NCBI RefSeq assembly: GCF_009914755.1
Contig: NC_060929.1
Length of the DNA stretch: 64,000 bases
Direction: 5' to 3' (one strand)
Origin: the human T2T-CHM13v2.0 reference genome, Homo sapiens
Position 1 is the stretch's first letter. Each line of letters starts with the position of its first letter. This document shows, piece by piece, positions 1 to 14,933 of the stretch. A program made the translations under genes and the position numbers. The notes below the pieces were generated by a model. It saw only the letters and a program-made list of their open reading frames with translations. It did not search any database and was not told where the DNA came from.

Positions 1-519
1 GTACAATGGATGACCTGACAATTGCTAACCCTCATTCCTGGTCAAAATAAGCAAAACTTTGAATTAGGGTTGGCAGTTCTCCAAGATATGTTACCCAAAG
101 ACCTCTCATTCTGTGATCTGAACTCCATTATCTTTTCCCTGTGACTAGCTAAACACTCTTTTTGTTGTTTTTCAGAGGAGGCAAGTCTGATTTACAAGGT
201 CTTTAATGTGTGCAAAAGGTAACATGCATTGCTGATATCCATTCTTGAGCGTGAGAAATGCCTCTATGTTTATTCACTTCACTAGCTCTGCCAGAGAAAA
301 CCAGCACTGGGGCATAAGCTGAGAACACAGAGCTTGGAAGCATCTAATTTGGACACAGATGCTTTTGATGTAATGGGTTACCTATGAAACCTACTGCTCT
401 TTTGTTAGTATTCACTGGTGGAGAAAGACAGGAAATGATATACTTCTATCAAAGGAGTCAGGCTGCAGCATGCTGCTGGCTGCTGTCTTGGGCACGGGAC
501 AGCCATAATAACCTTGCAT

Positions 520-579
520 TTGGCAGTTTCCTGTCAAGTTAAATTGTAGTTGGCAGTTTCCTGTCAAATTAAATTGTAG
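520..579. repeat. 30-bp tandem duplication (2 copies, 1 mismatch)
   Basis: ttggcagtttcctgtcaa(g/a)ttaaattgtag occurs at 520-549 and 550-579. Confidence 0.9.
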
Positions 580-2051
580 AGCCTCGAGATGTGCCAACTG
601 CAATAATTGGTGTGCTGTGCTTGTGAGTATTGTCCATTTAGAAGTTGAGTTCACTGTGTCAGTTGTCCCTTTTTGCGGAGATGGAGTCATTTATGGTTAG
701 ATGGAATGGCTAGAGTTGATTGGAGGAGTCTCTCCTGACCTGGCCAGTGCTGGCCTGGCGCTCACAGATTTCACTGCTGAGAATGTTGGAGGCAGCTGAT
801 GGGGATAAAATGCACAGACAGGACCAGTCTTTAAGTGATTCTTCCTATTGAAGAAGTATTGGCCCTCCAATTTTTTCTTTTTTTGCTGGGGTCTGCTGTC
901 TTTCCACGCCTATCATTCATGAGGGATCCAGAAATGGGAAGAAAAGTGATTTTAGGGGTAAATCACGAGCAGTGGTCAAAGCCCAGAAAAAGGAACAACT
1001 ATTTTGGTTATAATTCATAGCTCTAGGTTTCCTCTAAGCATTTTACAGCCTCTGTTCTGGTTAGGGGCTACCAAGGGTTTCCAAATAAGACCATCTTCAA
1101 ATTTTGATCTATTTCCTTCTAAGTGGCAATGTCTCTTGGTCCCTAGAATTTCTCACAAGGTCAAGAAGGAAAGAGAAAGAAAGAGAACAATATTTGTTCT
1201 AGCAGAGAGCATACTATTTAGCAAAAATTCTTCCAGAAACATTAGTTTGTTATCTCCTTTAATTCCAAGCATGCCCCTACCAAGTGTAGGTATCACAATA
1301 TAAATCTAAAGATGATACAACAGAGGCTTGGAGAAGTTGACTCACTTGTCCATGTTCATAACAGTTTTAAGAAGTGGAGACCAGATTGAACCAGGTTCAG
1401 CGTTTCTTCGGGTCACTCACTGTGCTGCCCCTGTTCCTTTGCTTTATGGGCCAGCAGGCAGACACTCCAGCTGCTAGGGTCTTTTACCTTCAGACCATGC
1501 AGCTTTGGGTGAGCCTTCTCACCTCTCTGTGCCTGGTTTCTCAATTTGATTAGGAGAAAATAATTCTGATCCACTTTGTGAAGATCTGCCAGGGCTAGAA
1601 ATTGGGAAGAATAAAAGCTTTTGAAAAGTATTAAAGTTTACTATAAGTCCACCAACATTAGACAGTATTGATTGAGTGCTTTTCTTTTCATTGCCCTGGC
1701 CCAAGTGCTGTGCAAACCAAGTGAAACAGGGCTGGTTTCAGCCCTCTAGGCACATGTGGTAGACACTTAAGCTAGATTCACTTTAGTGAATAAATAAATA
1801 GAAAAAAGAAACACATCAGTGATTGTACAAATATAAACTGATATAGAGCATAAACAAACTGGTTAGGAACAAAATGTTCTTGCAGTGAGAGGACTAAAAT
1901 TATCCTGCAAAATACAGAAAGAGAAAGGAGCTGCTTTGGTAAGAGTCAGTCTCCATGGGCAAAGGCACCCATTCTCTCCTGGTAGGTGATAAATTTTCTG
2001 GAGGGTCAGGGGCAAATTTGAATACATGTTATTAGTGGAACAAGCATTGTA

Positions 2052-2097
2052 TTAGATTGGTGCAAAAGTAATTGTGGCTTTTGCCATTACTTTTAAT
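2052..2097 (+). mobile_element. MADE1 (Hsmar1 mariner MITE), left half
   Basis: TA followed by ttagattggtgcaaaagtaattgtggcttttgccattacttttaat matches one MADE1 TIR plus spacer. Confidence 0.85.
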
Positions 2098-2119
2098 AGA
2101 TACGAAGAAGGAAGGAGCT

Positions 2120-2335
2120 GATAGCATGGTGTCTTCTATGAGACAGCACATTCTAGGTACTCTCAGATGTTCTGTTTTATTTAATCCTAATTCTATAGGG
2201 CACCAGACCTATACAGTAAAATTATTAGGCCCATTTTATGAATGAGAAACTGGAAGTTCTGGAAGGTTAAATATTTCATAGCTGATATGTGGCAGATCAG
2301 GGTTCTAACCTGGGCCTTTCTGACTCCAGAGTTCC
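2120..2335 (+). mobile_element. MIR SINE remnant
   Basis: core-like cccattttatgaatgagaaactggaag and 3' gggttctaacctgggcctttctgactccagag. Confidence 0.6.
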
Positions 2336-2885
2336 TGTTCTTGCTATCCTATGTGGCATTCTGCTTTGAAAGCACAAGCTTAGAGACAAGAATGGGACAT
2401 GTTGGTAGGGAGAAAAAGAAGGGAGGCACAGAAAACTACAGATGGGATTGCTGAGTGATCCCAAAGAAGTGCTGGAATCTGGAAGTGTCTTGGGTGTTTT
2501 GAGGTGTATGGCTTATATTATAGCTTCTAATCTGTATGTGATAAAGAAAAGAGAGCCAGAGCTGAAGGGTCCGAGTGGGAGGTGCATTAGAATCCAAGAA
2601 AACACTGAGGCCTTGCCCAGACCCTGGCTGGCAGAGGGTGTGGCGGCGGTTGCTGTGAGGGTGGGTGGTAAAATCACATCACGATGTGTGGGAGTGTCCT
2701 CTCTACTCCCAAATCTACATATCACAGTTGTACCCAGCCTTAATGACCATCTTGAATGCTACCTCTTCTACAGAGCCCTCCAGATTCCACCAAATTGGTG
2801 CCTTGTATACTTTCTGTGAATATCTGTTGCTTATTTGTGCTTTCTTTAGGGACTTGGCACATTCAGTTGACTTCTCTGTTATTTT

Positions 2886-3202
2886 ATTTGTTTGTTTGTC
2901 TATTTATTTATTTATTCTTGAGATGGAGTCTTGCTCTGTCACCCAGGCTGCAGTGCAGTGGCACAATCTCAGCTCACTGCAACCTCTGCCTCCCAGGTTC
3001 AAGTGAGTCTCTTGCCTCAGCCTCCTGAGTAGCTAGGACTACAGGCGTGCACCACCACGCCTGGCTGATTTTATGTATTTTTAGTAGAGACGGGGTTTCA
3101 CCATGTTGACCAGGCTGATCTTGAACTCCTGACCTCAAGCAATCCACTTGCCTCAGCCTCCCAAAGTGCTGGGATTACAGGCGTGAGCCACCGTGCCCGG
3201 CC
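2886..3202 (-). mobile_element. AluS (Sx/Sz-like), full length
   Basis: complete dimer in reverse; degenerate T-rich tail; TSD ctgttatttt at 2876-2885 and 3205-3214. Confidence 0.95.
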
Positions 3203-4079
3203 CCCTGTTATTTTTGTACATGCCATGTCCATCTGACTAGCGACATCCTTTAAGGCAAGGAAATGTTTTCTTCATTTTGGGGGTTCCTATGGCACCTAGG
3301 TTAGAAGAGGTACTAAACAATGTTTGTGGAATGAAATGGAAGGCACAGTGGCAGAGTAAGAGGAATGTGGTGTTGCAGCTAACAGCAGTGATTGAATTAA
3401 TAGTTCTTGCCTGGGAAGGGGCATATTTTAGCGCTAGTCATGACTTCAAAAATTTGAGGCTATTTTTGGCTCCAAATCTTCCTTTCCTCCTGCAGCTCCT
3501 CCATGCCTAGGGGGTTAATATTGTTCATTCTTCTCCTATACCTACAGGGAAAACGGGAGAGAAGAAGGAAAGAAAAATGTCACTTACTAAGAACCAACTC
3601 TGGGTCACAAAGTGTTTAGTTATTGGATACTCTTAGTTATGAGATGACATTCATTTGGAACAATATTTTAGGGAAAAAATATTACAAAATGACTTGCTGT
3701 ATATTACATAAACATGTCAACTGTAAGTTTAATTTTCATGAAGAAATTCTGGGATGTAATGTGAGGCTCAATTGCTCTGTTCAACTTTGTCTTGGTGCTA
3801 CTCCAAATCTGTGTAACCTAAACCTCTTCCTCCTCCTTCTCCTCCAAAATAAATAAATAAATAAATAAAAAGCCTCTGCTTATCAGATTTCAAACATTCA
3901 CTCTCCACTGAAGCCTATATACCAAATACTTTTTATGGCTTGAGAATGCTTTTTGAGCTCTCACTCCAACTCCTGATTTTCTTAATATATTACTCCTTTA
4001 AAAATACTAAAATCTCTCCAGGAGGGCATGGATGATTTTTTTTCCTGCCATCCAATTATTTTGCCAATAAACATATTAT

Positions 4080-4245
4080 CTACTGTACTCCTCATGTATC
4101 TATGCTGAGAGGTTGGTGTTATTTTCCTACTTTCCAGATAGAGAAGCAAGTAAAGAAAGGTAAAGTAACTTTCTAAGTTACAAGGAGTGGCAGAGTTAGG
4201 ATTCGGATTCCGGTTGGTCGTTCTCTGAAGTCAGTGCTTTTTCAG
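4080..4245 (+). mobile_element. MIR SINE remnant
   Basis: tattttcctactttccagatagagaagc...aagtaactttctaag...ggcagagttaggattcgga pattern. Confidence 0.5.
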
Positions 4246-4275
4246 TACACGGGGCTGCTTCATAACATTCACCTC

Positions 4276-4347
4276 TACTCATACCATGTCTCCGTACCAT
4301 GTCATGGTACTCATACCATGTCTCCGTACTCATACCAAGTCTCCGTA
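4276..4347. repeat. 19-bp minisatellite (tactcataccatgtctccg) x3 with an internal palindromic unit
   Basis: units at 4276, 4308 and 4327; 13-bp variant unit at 4295. Confidence 0.85.
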
Positions 4348-6199
4348 TATGAAAATCCATCATTTCCCAGCAGGGAGCAAGCTCTCAGCACCGCATCAGG
4401 CAGTAAACACCAACTCAGAATCTACTGGATCAGGAACCAGCTCTGCCCTAGGGGATCTACGGGAGTGGGGATGTGGTGAGACTTACATGAAATGTAAATT
4501 CTGAACAAGCTTTCAGTCTAGCCAGGGAAATGGAAACTGTTCTGAGAAAACTGTGAAACTTTGAAATTATAATTCAGGGCAGTAGTCGTAGGAGTTTGAG
4601 GTGGAGAGGAAGGCCCTGCAGCCTCAGGGAGGTCTCAGAGGAGAAAGACAAGACACTGGTGAAGGAAAGTGGTTGGTAGCAAATAAACTCCTGACTCGCT
4701 CCCCTCTGTGGCCCCGTTTATGTCCTGTTGAAGAAGATCTGGGTGATGGATGAGACCATCTCTTTCATTCTAAACACGTGCCCATGGGTGAAACAAAGCA
4801 AGTCTGCACACGGGAGCTTAATTGCACTCTCGAAATTGAGAGCTGGGAGACACAGGATTTTACAGGGCATTTCAGAAAACCTAACATTAAGTTTACAAAG
4901 ATTACATTGTTTAGGAAAGAAAAGGACTTTATACTACTCCATCCGTTTTCTCCCTGACCTTTCAGATGAGCCCGGGGGCTTTGAGGGAAAAGCATGGAAT
5001 GTTGTGCATTGCTTGCTCTAAAACCAGTTCCTGTGTGCGCAGATAGATTTTTTGTTGTTGTTAAAGCTTTGGACTTTGGCTTTCTTTTTATTTCCTTGTT
5101 CCTGTAATATATTCCTTTTCTGTGATATGCCGTATGCATCATTAGACATTTGGCAATAGCAGAGATGTCAGAACGTTTGCTTAGTAAGTTTGGGAATAAA
5201 GGTGGGGATGGAGAAAGAAGGAGGAGATGGAGTTGAGCTTTAGGAGAAAGGAGAGGAAGAGAAAGGGAAGGAGAGAAAGATGTGTCCCTGGGCCCTCAGC
5301 ATGGTCGAAGAGGGGTGTTCAGATCCTGTGCTGTTCCCTTGCTTGCAGCTGCCAGGCAGATGGCTGTAATCTGAACACTGACCTACTTAGGGTATCCTCT
5401 GCATTGGCTTCCCTCCTGACCCCTTCTATCACATGTGTTCATTCATTTTCCTGGCTGAGCATTTGGGATTTTCCTATTGACATGGTTCTTTCAGATCAGC
5501 TTTGCTTCCATCGGTTGTTTTCACTTTTAAGGGTATTTCCTTAGAGAGACGTTTTATTGTACCAGTGCAGCAGCTTTTCTTAGATGGAACTCTTACACTA
5601 GAAATGTTGGAGATGATTGTTCAGGACAATCAACTGTGCGTGGTCAGCCTCCCTGCGGAAGGTTGGATCTCAAGGCACAGGAATTGGCAGGGATTTGAGA
5701 GAGCAGCAGATGAGAATTCCCAAGGAAGTCTGGCTGCTGGGTGTCCCAGGGCTTTATCAGACATGCTTGTCCTGAAATACCTTCTGAAATGACCTGGACC
5801 CCTACATCCTTTTTCTGATAAAGACTATGTGACATAAAAGAGGACTTGATTTGAAGAGTTTTTAAGTGGACATTCTCTCTGTTAATGTAATTTCAATTTC
5901 CTTTACCATAAGGGATGTGGTTTCAACTCTGAATATGTCTTTGTTTACCTTCAGATAGAATTCATGGAATTGATTTGCAGAGAAACTATATTTTATATTT
6001 CTAGGCCTGAAGACACCTTAATTTACTTGGAAGATGTTTCTTCTCCAGCAGGGTTCTCTCTGCCCACTTCTCCTGCTCTTTAAATCTCTGCGGGTAGGTC
6101 TATGTCTCTGTGAGCTTAGAGGAAGACTAATGTATTCCACCTATCTGGTTCACGAACAACCCTTTAATGATGGCAGGAGGAAATACTGCTTATGGATCT

Positions 6200-6370
6200 G
6201 CCCCTCATATTTACAGCTCCCAAGGCAAGAGTACAACTGGAGGTGCACATACTATATGTCTAAATATTTCAACTATAAACCAAACTGTGTCCAAAGCCTG
6301 GCCAGCTTCCTGCTTAAGATTCCTATAGTCTATTGGTCCAGCTGCTGGTGCCCTAGAAGCTAAAGGAGAG
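6200..6370 (+). mobile_element. MER102-like hAT-Charlie remnant
   Basis: ggcaagagtacaactggaggtgcacatactatatgtctaaatatt resembles recalled MER102 consensus. Confidence 0.5.
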
Positions 6371-7359
6371 TGTTTCACTGGGGACCAGGCTGCTCACATG
6401 AGCTGAGCAGTAGTCCGACTCTGCTGGGGTGGGGGAAGGCGATCAGTGCCCAGAACTCCTGGTTGGCCTCTGGAGCTATCCAAACTCAGAAAGGGAACCA
6501 CAGACCAAGTCAAGCTCCCTGAGAGCTGGGAAGGGTGCATTTCCTTCCAAAATACCTCATTAAAAAAAATCTGGGATTTCAAGTAATTCTAAGCACCTCC
6601 CAAGATGATACCACTGGAGCAGAAGATAAAACAGAGAAAGGGTATGCAGGTATTTGGCGATGTAAGTCTGTCCACATATACTACATGATTTGCTTTTTTT
6701 TTTTTTTTTTTTTTTTAACATTAGGCAAATGCAAGGGCAGAGGCCATGGTTCTCATTCCTCCTTTCCTTCGATCCAGCACAGTCATGCCACAGAGCTCAC
6801 AGTCCCTAGCTCCATCTGGCCTGGGGGCGCTCATTGGCCCATTCGTCTTTCTTTAGTTTTCATGCACTCAATCAATGATCACACTTTCAAAAAACTTTCT
6901 TATGAGACTGAAAAAAAAAGGAAACAAAATCTTTGTGCTTTGGTGTTTGTAGTTGGGTGTTCTTTTAAAGCACAAGGTCCTGCCCAGAGGCTCTTTGGCC
7001 TGTTTGTGAGAGGGGTATTGGCTGCTTCGGATTTGATCCTTTATGGAGGTCAGCAACCCCAAGCCAGCCTCTGAGCCAGCACATTTCTCTTCTCTCTCCA
7101 TCTCCTCCCGATCACCTGTGGCAGCTGCAGAAAGATATTAGGGATGCGTATTTTATTTTTTGTCTCTGGTTTCTGGTTCCTGTTTACTTGGGGCATATTT
7201 ATGACCATCTTTAATAAATAATACACATTTATTTATATGTATCACATGTATTTATTTATATGCATACATATATACATGTTATTTATTAATAATATTTATT
7301 TAATGCTTACTATGACCATCATTAATAAATAATATATAATGATTCTATTCTATTATAAA

Positions 7360-7565
7360 TAATATTTAATGCTTACTGTGCATAATACCACATACACATT
7401 ATTTCATTGAATCAGCCCAGCAATCCTATAAAATAGGTTCTGTTAATAGACTTAATTTGCAGATAAGAAAACTGAGTTCTGAGGACACAAATTTACATGG
7501 TCAAAATCACACAGTGAATAGGACCTGGGGTGGGGAATGAAATCTAGGCCATATGAGCCAAGAGT
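7360..7565 (+). mobile_element. MIR SINE remnant
   Basis: ttgcagataagaaaactgagttctgag core; ggtcaaaatcacacag. Confidence 0.6.
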
Positions 7566-7695
7566 CCACCATGTCTCACCCAGGTGTGACCAATAATGTG
7601 TCCTACTATTCAGGCTTGTGTTTCTGTCTGTATGTGGTTCTCACAGTATCTGAGGCTTATCCATGAGATTCCAAATGAAATAAACAACACCCCCA

Positions 7696-8175
7696 TGGGA
7701 GGCAGAATAATGCTACTCCCCCAGAAAAGAGGTCCAAATATCAATTATCCTAACCTGTGAATATGTTACCTTACCTGGCAAAATGGATTTTTCAGGTGTG
7801 ATTAAGTTAAGGGTGTTGAAATGGGATTATTCAGGTGGGTTCAATGTAATCACAAGTTTCTTACAAGGGAGAGAGGAAGTGGGAGAATCAGAGGAGATGT
7901 GAGGGCTGAAGCAAAGGTTGGAGTGATGTAACTGCTGGCTTTGAAGGGAGAAGACAGCCATGAACCCAGGGATGCAGGTGGCCTCTAGAAGGCAGAAAAG
8001 GCAAGGAAACAGATTCACCTAGAGCCTCCTGAAGAAACAGACTTGTGGACACCTTGATTTTTGGCTCAGTAGAATGCTTTTCAGATTCCTGACCTCCAGA
8101 ACTGTAAGCTAATATACCTGTGTTGCTTTAAGTCAAGAAATTGTGGTAATTGCAAGAGCAATAGGAAACTCATGG
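7696..8175 (+). mobile_element. MLT1D-like ERVL-MaLR solo LTR
   Basis: starts ggcagaataatg; cctgtgaatatgttacctta; ends gacctccagaactgtaag...gcaataggaaact. Confidence 0.85.
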
Positions 8176-8219
8176 GGTCTCCTTGCCATATATCTTAACT
8201 ACCTCTTGCCTACCTGGCA

Positions 8220-8505
8220 AACTAATGTGGGAACAGAAAACCAAATACACATGTTCTCACTTATAAGTGGGAGCTAAATGATGAGAACGAATGGGCACAA
8301 AGAGGGGAACAACAGACACTGGGGCCTGCTTGAGGGAGGATAGTAGGAGGAGGGAGAGCATCAGGAAAAGTAACTATCATGTACTGTGCTATGCTTAGTA
8401 CCTGGTTGACGAAATAATCTGTACACCAAATCCCCGTGACATGAGTTTACCTATATAACAAACCTGCACATATAATTCTGAACCCAAAATCAAAGTTAAA
8501 AAAAT
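8220..8505 (+). mobile_element. Old L1PA/L1PB 3' end fragment
   Basis: gaacagaaaaccaaatacacatgttctcacttataagtgggagctaaatgatgagaac...aaacctgcaca, then A-rich end. Confidence 0.85.
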
Positions 8506-8620
8506 ATAGTCTTAGTGTAAAGATAAAATATATTTTAGAAATTATTAATTCAAACAAAAAAGAAAAAAGAAATCATAGCCTCCATTCCACTGCTCTTGGG
8601 ATGCTTTTCTTTATTTTTCT

Positions 8621-10010
<1,390 letters not shown>

Positions 10011-13000
10011 TTATTTTTCTGATGAGCTCATATCATTTCCCAATTCCCAGCAACACACACTGTGGCCTCAGTTTTTGGACTTAGATTTTGAGAAGTCCAA
10101 ATGTGCTCTGTAATGTTTTAGTGGAGAAGAGAGCCTCTGTCCTGTGGAGGTGCCAGTGAACCAGGCAGGTAGGCGTCTGTGCCAGAGGCCCAGGTGACAG
10201 GCCAGGCTGGTGGCTTCTGAGGGACTTGCCTTGACTGGGAAAGCTGATTAGTTGACTACACACGACTCTCTGCCTTGAATCACTTCGTGCCCTGCTGAGC
10301 CTTGAGTCAAGCCTCCACAAAGCATTTCATGTATGTTGCAGCTGTGCTACAGGCTTTCTTATTATTAACTTTCCTATGGGATGCTCACCTGCAGAGAGAA
10401 TCCAAAATACTTTTCCTGCAAGAAGGAAGGCTTGGCCATAAGGATTTCAAAATGAAATTCCTTTATGATACGAATACACCTCACTGTGCGAGTTATCACT
10501 TCAACTCTATTATTTGGGGATTTGCAACAAAAGAATTAAGGAACTCAGGAGCTTCATGAAACTGAGGACTGTTAACCCCAGAAACACACACAGGCAGCCT
10601 CTGTGCAGTCAGCTAACAAGTGGGTCATTGCTCCCACTTTACCCTGCCGAGGACCCAGTTACCTCTTGCATCAGGTACTGACTGCAACAGTTGAATTGCA
10701 CATATATTATTGGCTATGTCTCTCTGTTATCATTAGGTGTTCAATAGCTGCTAAATATCTGTATGCATAAGAATATGCATAACCCATTTGATTGCTATAA
10801 AAAAAGAAGCAATTTTACAAGCTGCATTTCTTAAATGAGCTTACACTTCTTTTGAAATACCATGACCTTCTCCATAATGTGACAATTGGCCTCTTTTAAG
10901 ATAAAAAGAATTGGTAATGACTAGTGAGAATAGACCAGATCTGGAGAGTACATGCTACACACTCAAGTCTCAGCAGCTCCATCTATAAACACAAAGCAGG
11001 ACCAGTTTTTCAAAGCAATCACAAAGCTGGTTTAAGCCTGGGAAACATTTTGGTTATTTAAGTAATATTTTGAAATTCTAACTTTTAAGCTAAAACCAAA
11101 CAAGTTTCTGTGGGTAGCCTAGTAGTCAGGACTCTGTAATAAACCAATTGTCTACTGCTTCAACTTCAAATGGAGTTATATCAAGTCATCATGTTGTATA
11201 CATTGAATATATACAATCTTTGTCAGTTAGATATTTTAACATAAAAAGCTGGAATTTTTAGCAGCTCCAAAATATTTTCTTTTTAAAGAGGAGGAATTGG
11301 AAAAGATAGTAAATGAAGGTTGAGTTGATGGGAGTGGATGATTGCTTTGGAACTGGTGGTGATTGTGGAAAACGCAGTGACCGACTGAAGGTGATATCTG
11401 AGGTGGGAAGGGATGTCCAAGAAGAGGGAACAGAGATGGGGAAGGAGGTCAGAAAGTGACAAGTCCACCGGTGGACAATGCTGTCTCTGGGACCCAGGTT
11501 GTGGAAGTATCGATATCCTGGGAACAGTTTAGAAAGAAGAAAGAAGCAATAGCTCTGTTCATTTTTTTAAAATTTCCTCTCCCATAACCACTTACCACAT
11601 TAGCTGGTTGGAAAATGTAAGGTGATTCAAAAGAGAATTGAAAAAATAAAAGAAAATTTTCCTCAGGGAGTAACTTTTATATAAAGTAATACAATCTAAT
11701 TTGTGAAGAAACAGTTAAGTCTGTAACCTCACAGATGCTCAAGACCGTTCCTCGTGTCACAGCACTCATCAGTCCTGTGGTCTAATTCATCCTGGACTCT
11801 TTGCAGGGCATCATATTTGTATGTACACCCGTGTGGGGGACTAGAGAAACCACCAGAAGTCAATTTCATTATTCTCTTTTCCAGTTGTCATTTTATTATT
11901 CCAGCCAAGGACATGGAATGTCTTGGTAGATTGGACAGATGTATATACTGACTCACATATATTGACTGAGCGACATAATGTGTCCCTGTCTGTAATTTCC
12001 AAGAAAGTATTGTGATGAGATTATTCAAATCATTTGGCAAATATAAGAAGTGAAAGTTCCATAATAAATCCAGGAGCAAAGACTAGATCGTTTTTTCCTG
12101 GAACTGTCTGTATTTGAAGAATTAAAAAAGATAATGTTGACCTGACTTGAGCACTTTTATCTAAAACTCAAGAGTTTTATATGGTGTCAACCAACTTTAT
12201 ATAATTTCCATGGAATTGGTTTTTCTTCTCAATTTGAAGTGCTCAGTGTCTTTTGTCTTTAAATTGAAGCCTAGCAATGAAGAGTTCATTATTTCTTAGT
12301 TTTATTAGATTTGGATTTTTAAATAGGTAGTCCTATTAGTCTCTCTAGAAATACTGTAAAGAGTGTTTCTTTATACCATTTTCCTTTATTTCCTGGAATA
12401 AATCAAATATAGCTACATATGTTATATTTTATTATACTATTTATGGCAATGTGTAATGGGTTTATATTAAAAGAATTGGTGGAAATGCTGCAGATTTTCC
12501 TTTGGAAGAGGTTGACTTCTCCAAGTTATCTATACTCTTAAGTCTTGTTGGATTCATATAAGGTTACTTAAGCATATTCCCTGGAATGGCTTGATATTTC
12601 ATCACATTTTAAAGCATGTGTTTCTTTCCTAAAGCTGTAAACCTTAATATTTCTGGGTCTGGAAATAAAAATTTCAAATGGCAAACATTTCTCACATTTT
12701 CAAAGAGAACAGATTCCACCAATGTGAGTGGTTGAAACTTTAAAAGTTCCAAGCAAATGTTCACTTTTAACTGAAATTCTATTCCACATGCCTAGGGAAA
12801 TCCACGTGAAGCATGTTACTCTCAGGCCGCAGTCATTCTTCTCTGGGTACAGGTCTTCAATCTAAAAGCCTGGGAAATGTGCCCCATTGAACAACTTACC
12901 TAGCATTAATCGTTTGATGATGCTGTAGGTTCTTACTGTAATGAGCAAGACCTCCTGCCACTCCTTAACACTCAAGTTACCTGAAAGATAATATACAGTT

Positions 13001-13582
13001 GGCTCCATGCTACCCACACATAGCCTGATCTCTCTCTTGAGCATACCAATAAGTGCAAGGCTGCCCTGCTGTGGATCACATTAATTCTTGGGCTGCTGCT
13101 TTCAATTTCACCAGAAATTGCTGGTGGCAATTTCTTTCTCTTAGCCTAGTGTTATCTGCTCCCCTCAGAAGTTTAGGGTCTGAAAAGAAAGGATCCTGAA
13201 CTTCAATTTTGATCTTCCCTGATCCAGCTTCATCAGCAATCCATATTCTTTATGCTTTGCTGCCTCCACATAGTCTACTGATTCTAAACTGCCTCTGGTT
13301 CTCATCTGGATAACGCCTTGTTTTTACCATTTAATAAAAAATGTAGCTGCTACACACAGAATGAAGAGGACTGCAACATTCCCTTCAAATTGTAACTCAC
13401 CTCGTATAGAAGTCTTCTGTGATACTACCAGTCCAGAAGTCATTACACTGGCCCTCTCTTGGGTCCATTACAATTTATCACAGCCCTAATCCCCCCTGCA
13501 AAATTGTTTGGAATAGGCTTCTCAGTCCTCTAAAAATAACCACACATTAGTGTTCCGGGAGCTGTTAGAACCACCTTAATTA

Positions 13583-13698
13583 GGCCGGGTGCAGTGCCTC
13601 ATGCCTGTATTCCCAGCACTTTGGGAGGCTGGAATAGATCACTTGAGGCCAGGAGTTGGAGACCAGCCTGGTCAACATAACCCATCTCTAAAAAAAAG
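13583..13698 (+). mobile_element. Alu left monomer (FLAM/AluJ-like)
   Basis: ggccgggtgcagtgcctcatgcctgta...accagcctggtcaacataacccatctct plus A-tail. Confidence 0.85.
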
Positions 13699-14724
13699 AA
13701 CACCTTCGTGAGACCCTGAATGGCTTCATGAAAATAAAACGTGTACACAAGAGCACCAGCCCCTGCTCCAGCAGTCACCAGCAAAGCTGGTTATTCTTTC
13801 TCAGAGGTCATTGAATCATGGAATTTATCACTAGAAATTTTATGTACTTCCTAATATCACTTGTACAGTTGTCTTCATTTTAATTTATATTTTTTAACGT
13901 ACTTACGTCTTGTATTCTCATCCAGAGCAATCTGGTGAGAACAAACACATTGCTTACTATTCTTTAGTATTCTCAATCTTCTCAGCACAGATCATATTAA
14001 TCACAATTAATGAAACAATGGTCATGAAGATAAACATACTGCCTCCCTCCCCACCTCAGCACCTTTATGCTGTTATTTTGAATGTGTTGATTTACTCCAC
14101 CACATAAGTGCTGTGTTTGCTTTCTGGTTGACTTGGGGTGTCTTCTTCTCTGCCTCTGGTCTGCCAGTCCCAGCTGTTTTACATAGTAGACAATTCTATC
14201 TAGATGTCTTTTTGAGTTGCAGAAAAGAGGACTATAGCCTCTATCTCTACCTTCTTGCTGTGCCAGGTGTATACCAACCAACGTCTTTCTGGACCCTGAA
14301 ACAACATTTTGAATCTGGAACTCATTACTTTCTCTTCCCAAAGGAAACCTTCGGGGGGCAACTCAGCTGTTGATCTTACTTTACCTGGTGGGATGATCCT
14401 TCACCACCAAAGAACTTGAGCCTTCGCGCTCTGTCTATATGAAATTATAGTATCTTTGGTTAATTTTATCTCTGAACATAGTTATGTAAGTGGTACTCTA
14501 GGAGATTTTCTAGGCCTTATCCATATTCATTCTTGTCTCCATAATGAAGCAGCAAACTTACTTCTTCTTTATTGTCAGGATCAGTTATTTATGTCAATAG
14601 TAATTTCCTTTTATGCCAGTTTGTCCACTGGTAGGGGAGCTAAAAATGGCCAGGGGATGGTTTTAGTTTTTGATGAAATGAAATAATCTTCATGTTCATT
14701 TGTAGAAGTATTCCTCCTCTGACC

Positions 14725-14933
14725 AAGATTTAGGAAATGATGGCCCATAGTCCTGTCACCTGTTTTTGTAAATAAATGTTTTATTGGAACATAGTCACAT
14801 TTATTTATTTACATATTGCCTATGGCTGTTTCCAAGCTATAGTGGCAGAGTGATTGTGACAGAGACTGCATGCCCTGCAATGCCTGAAATAGTTACTATT
14901 CAGCCCTTTGCAGAAAAATGTTGCCAACTTCTG
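14725..14933 (+). mobile_element. MER58A hAT-Charlie MITE
   Basis: cctgtttttgtaaataaatgttttattggaacatagtcac...ccctttgcagaaaaatgttgccaacttctg. Confidence 0.85.

Noticed and set aside
4276-4347. CRISPR-like appearance of short direct repeats (also 58719-58816)
   Set aside because: No unique spacers, no cas genes, mammalian DNA
6535-7074. 179-aa ORF
   Set aside because: Crosses a poly(T) tract giving poly-Phe; no recognisable domain or splice context
7200-7400. AT-rich segment with repeated tatgaccatc.ttaataaataat
   Set aside because: Low-complexity slippage product next to a MIR; no further signal
12860-13800. Possible additional ancient retroviral/gypsy-like remnant
   Set aside because: No motif I could translate convincingly; needs an HMM search
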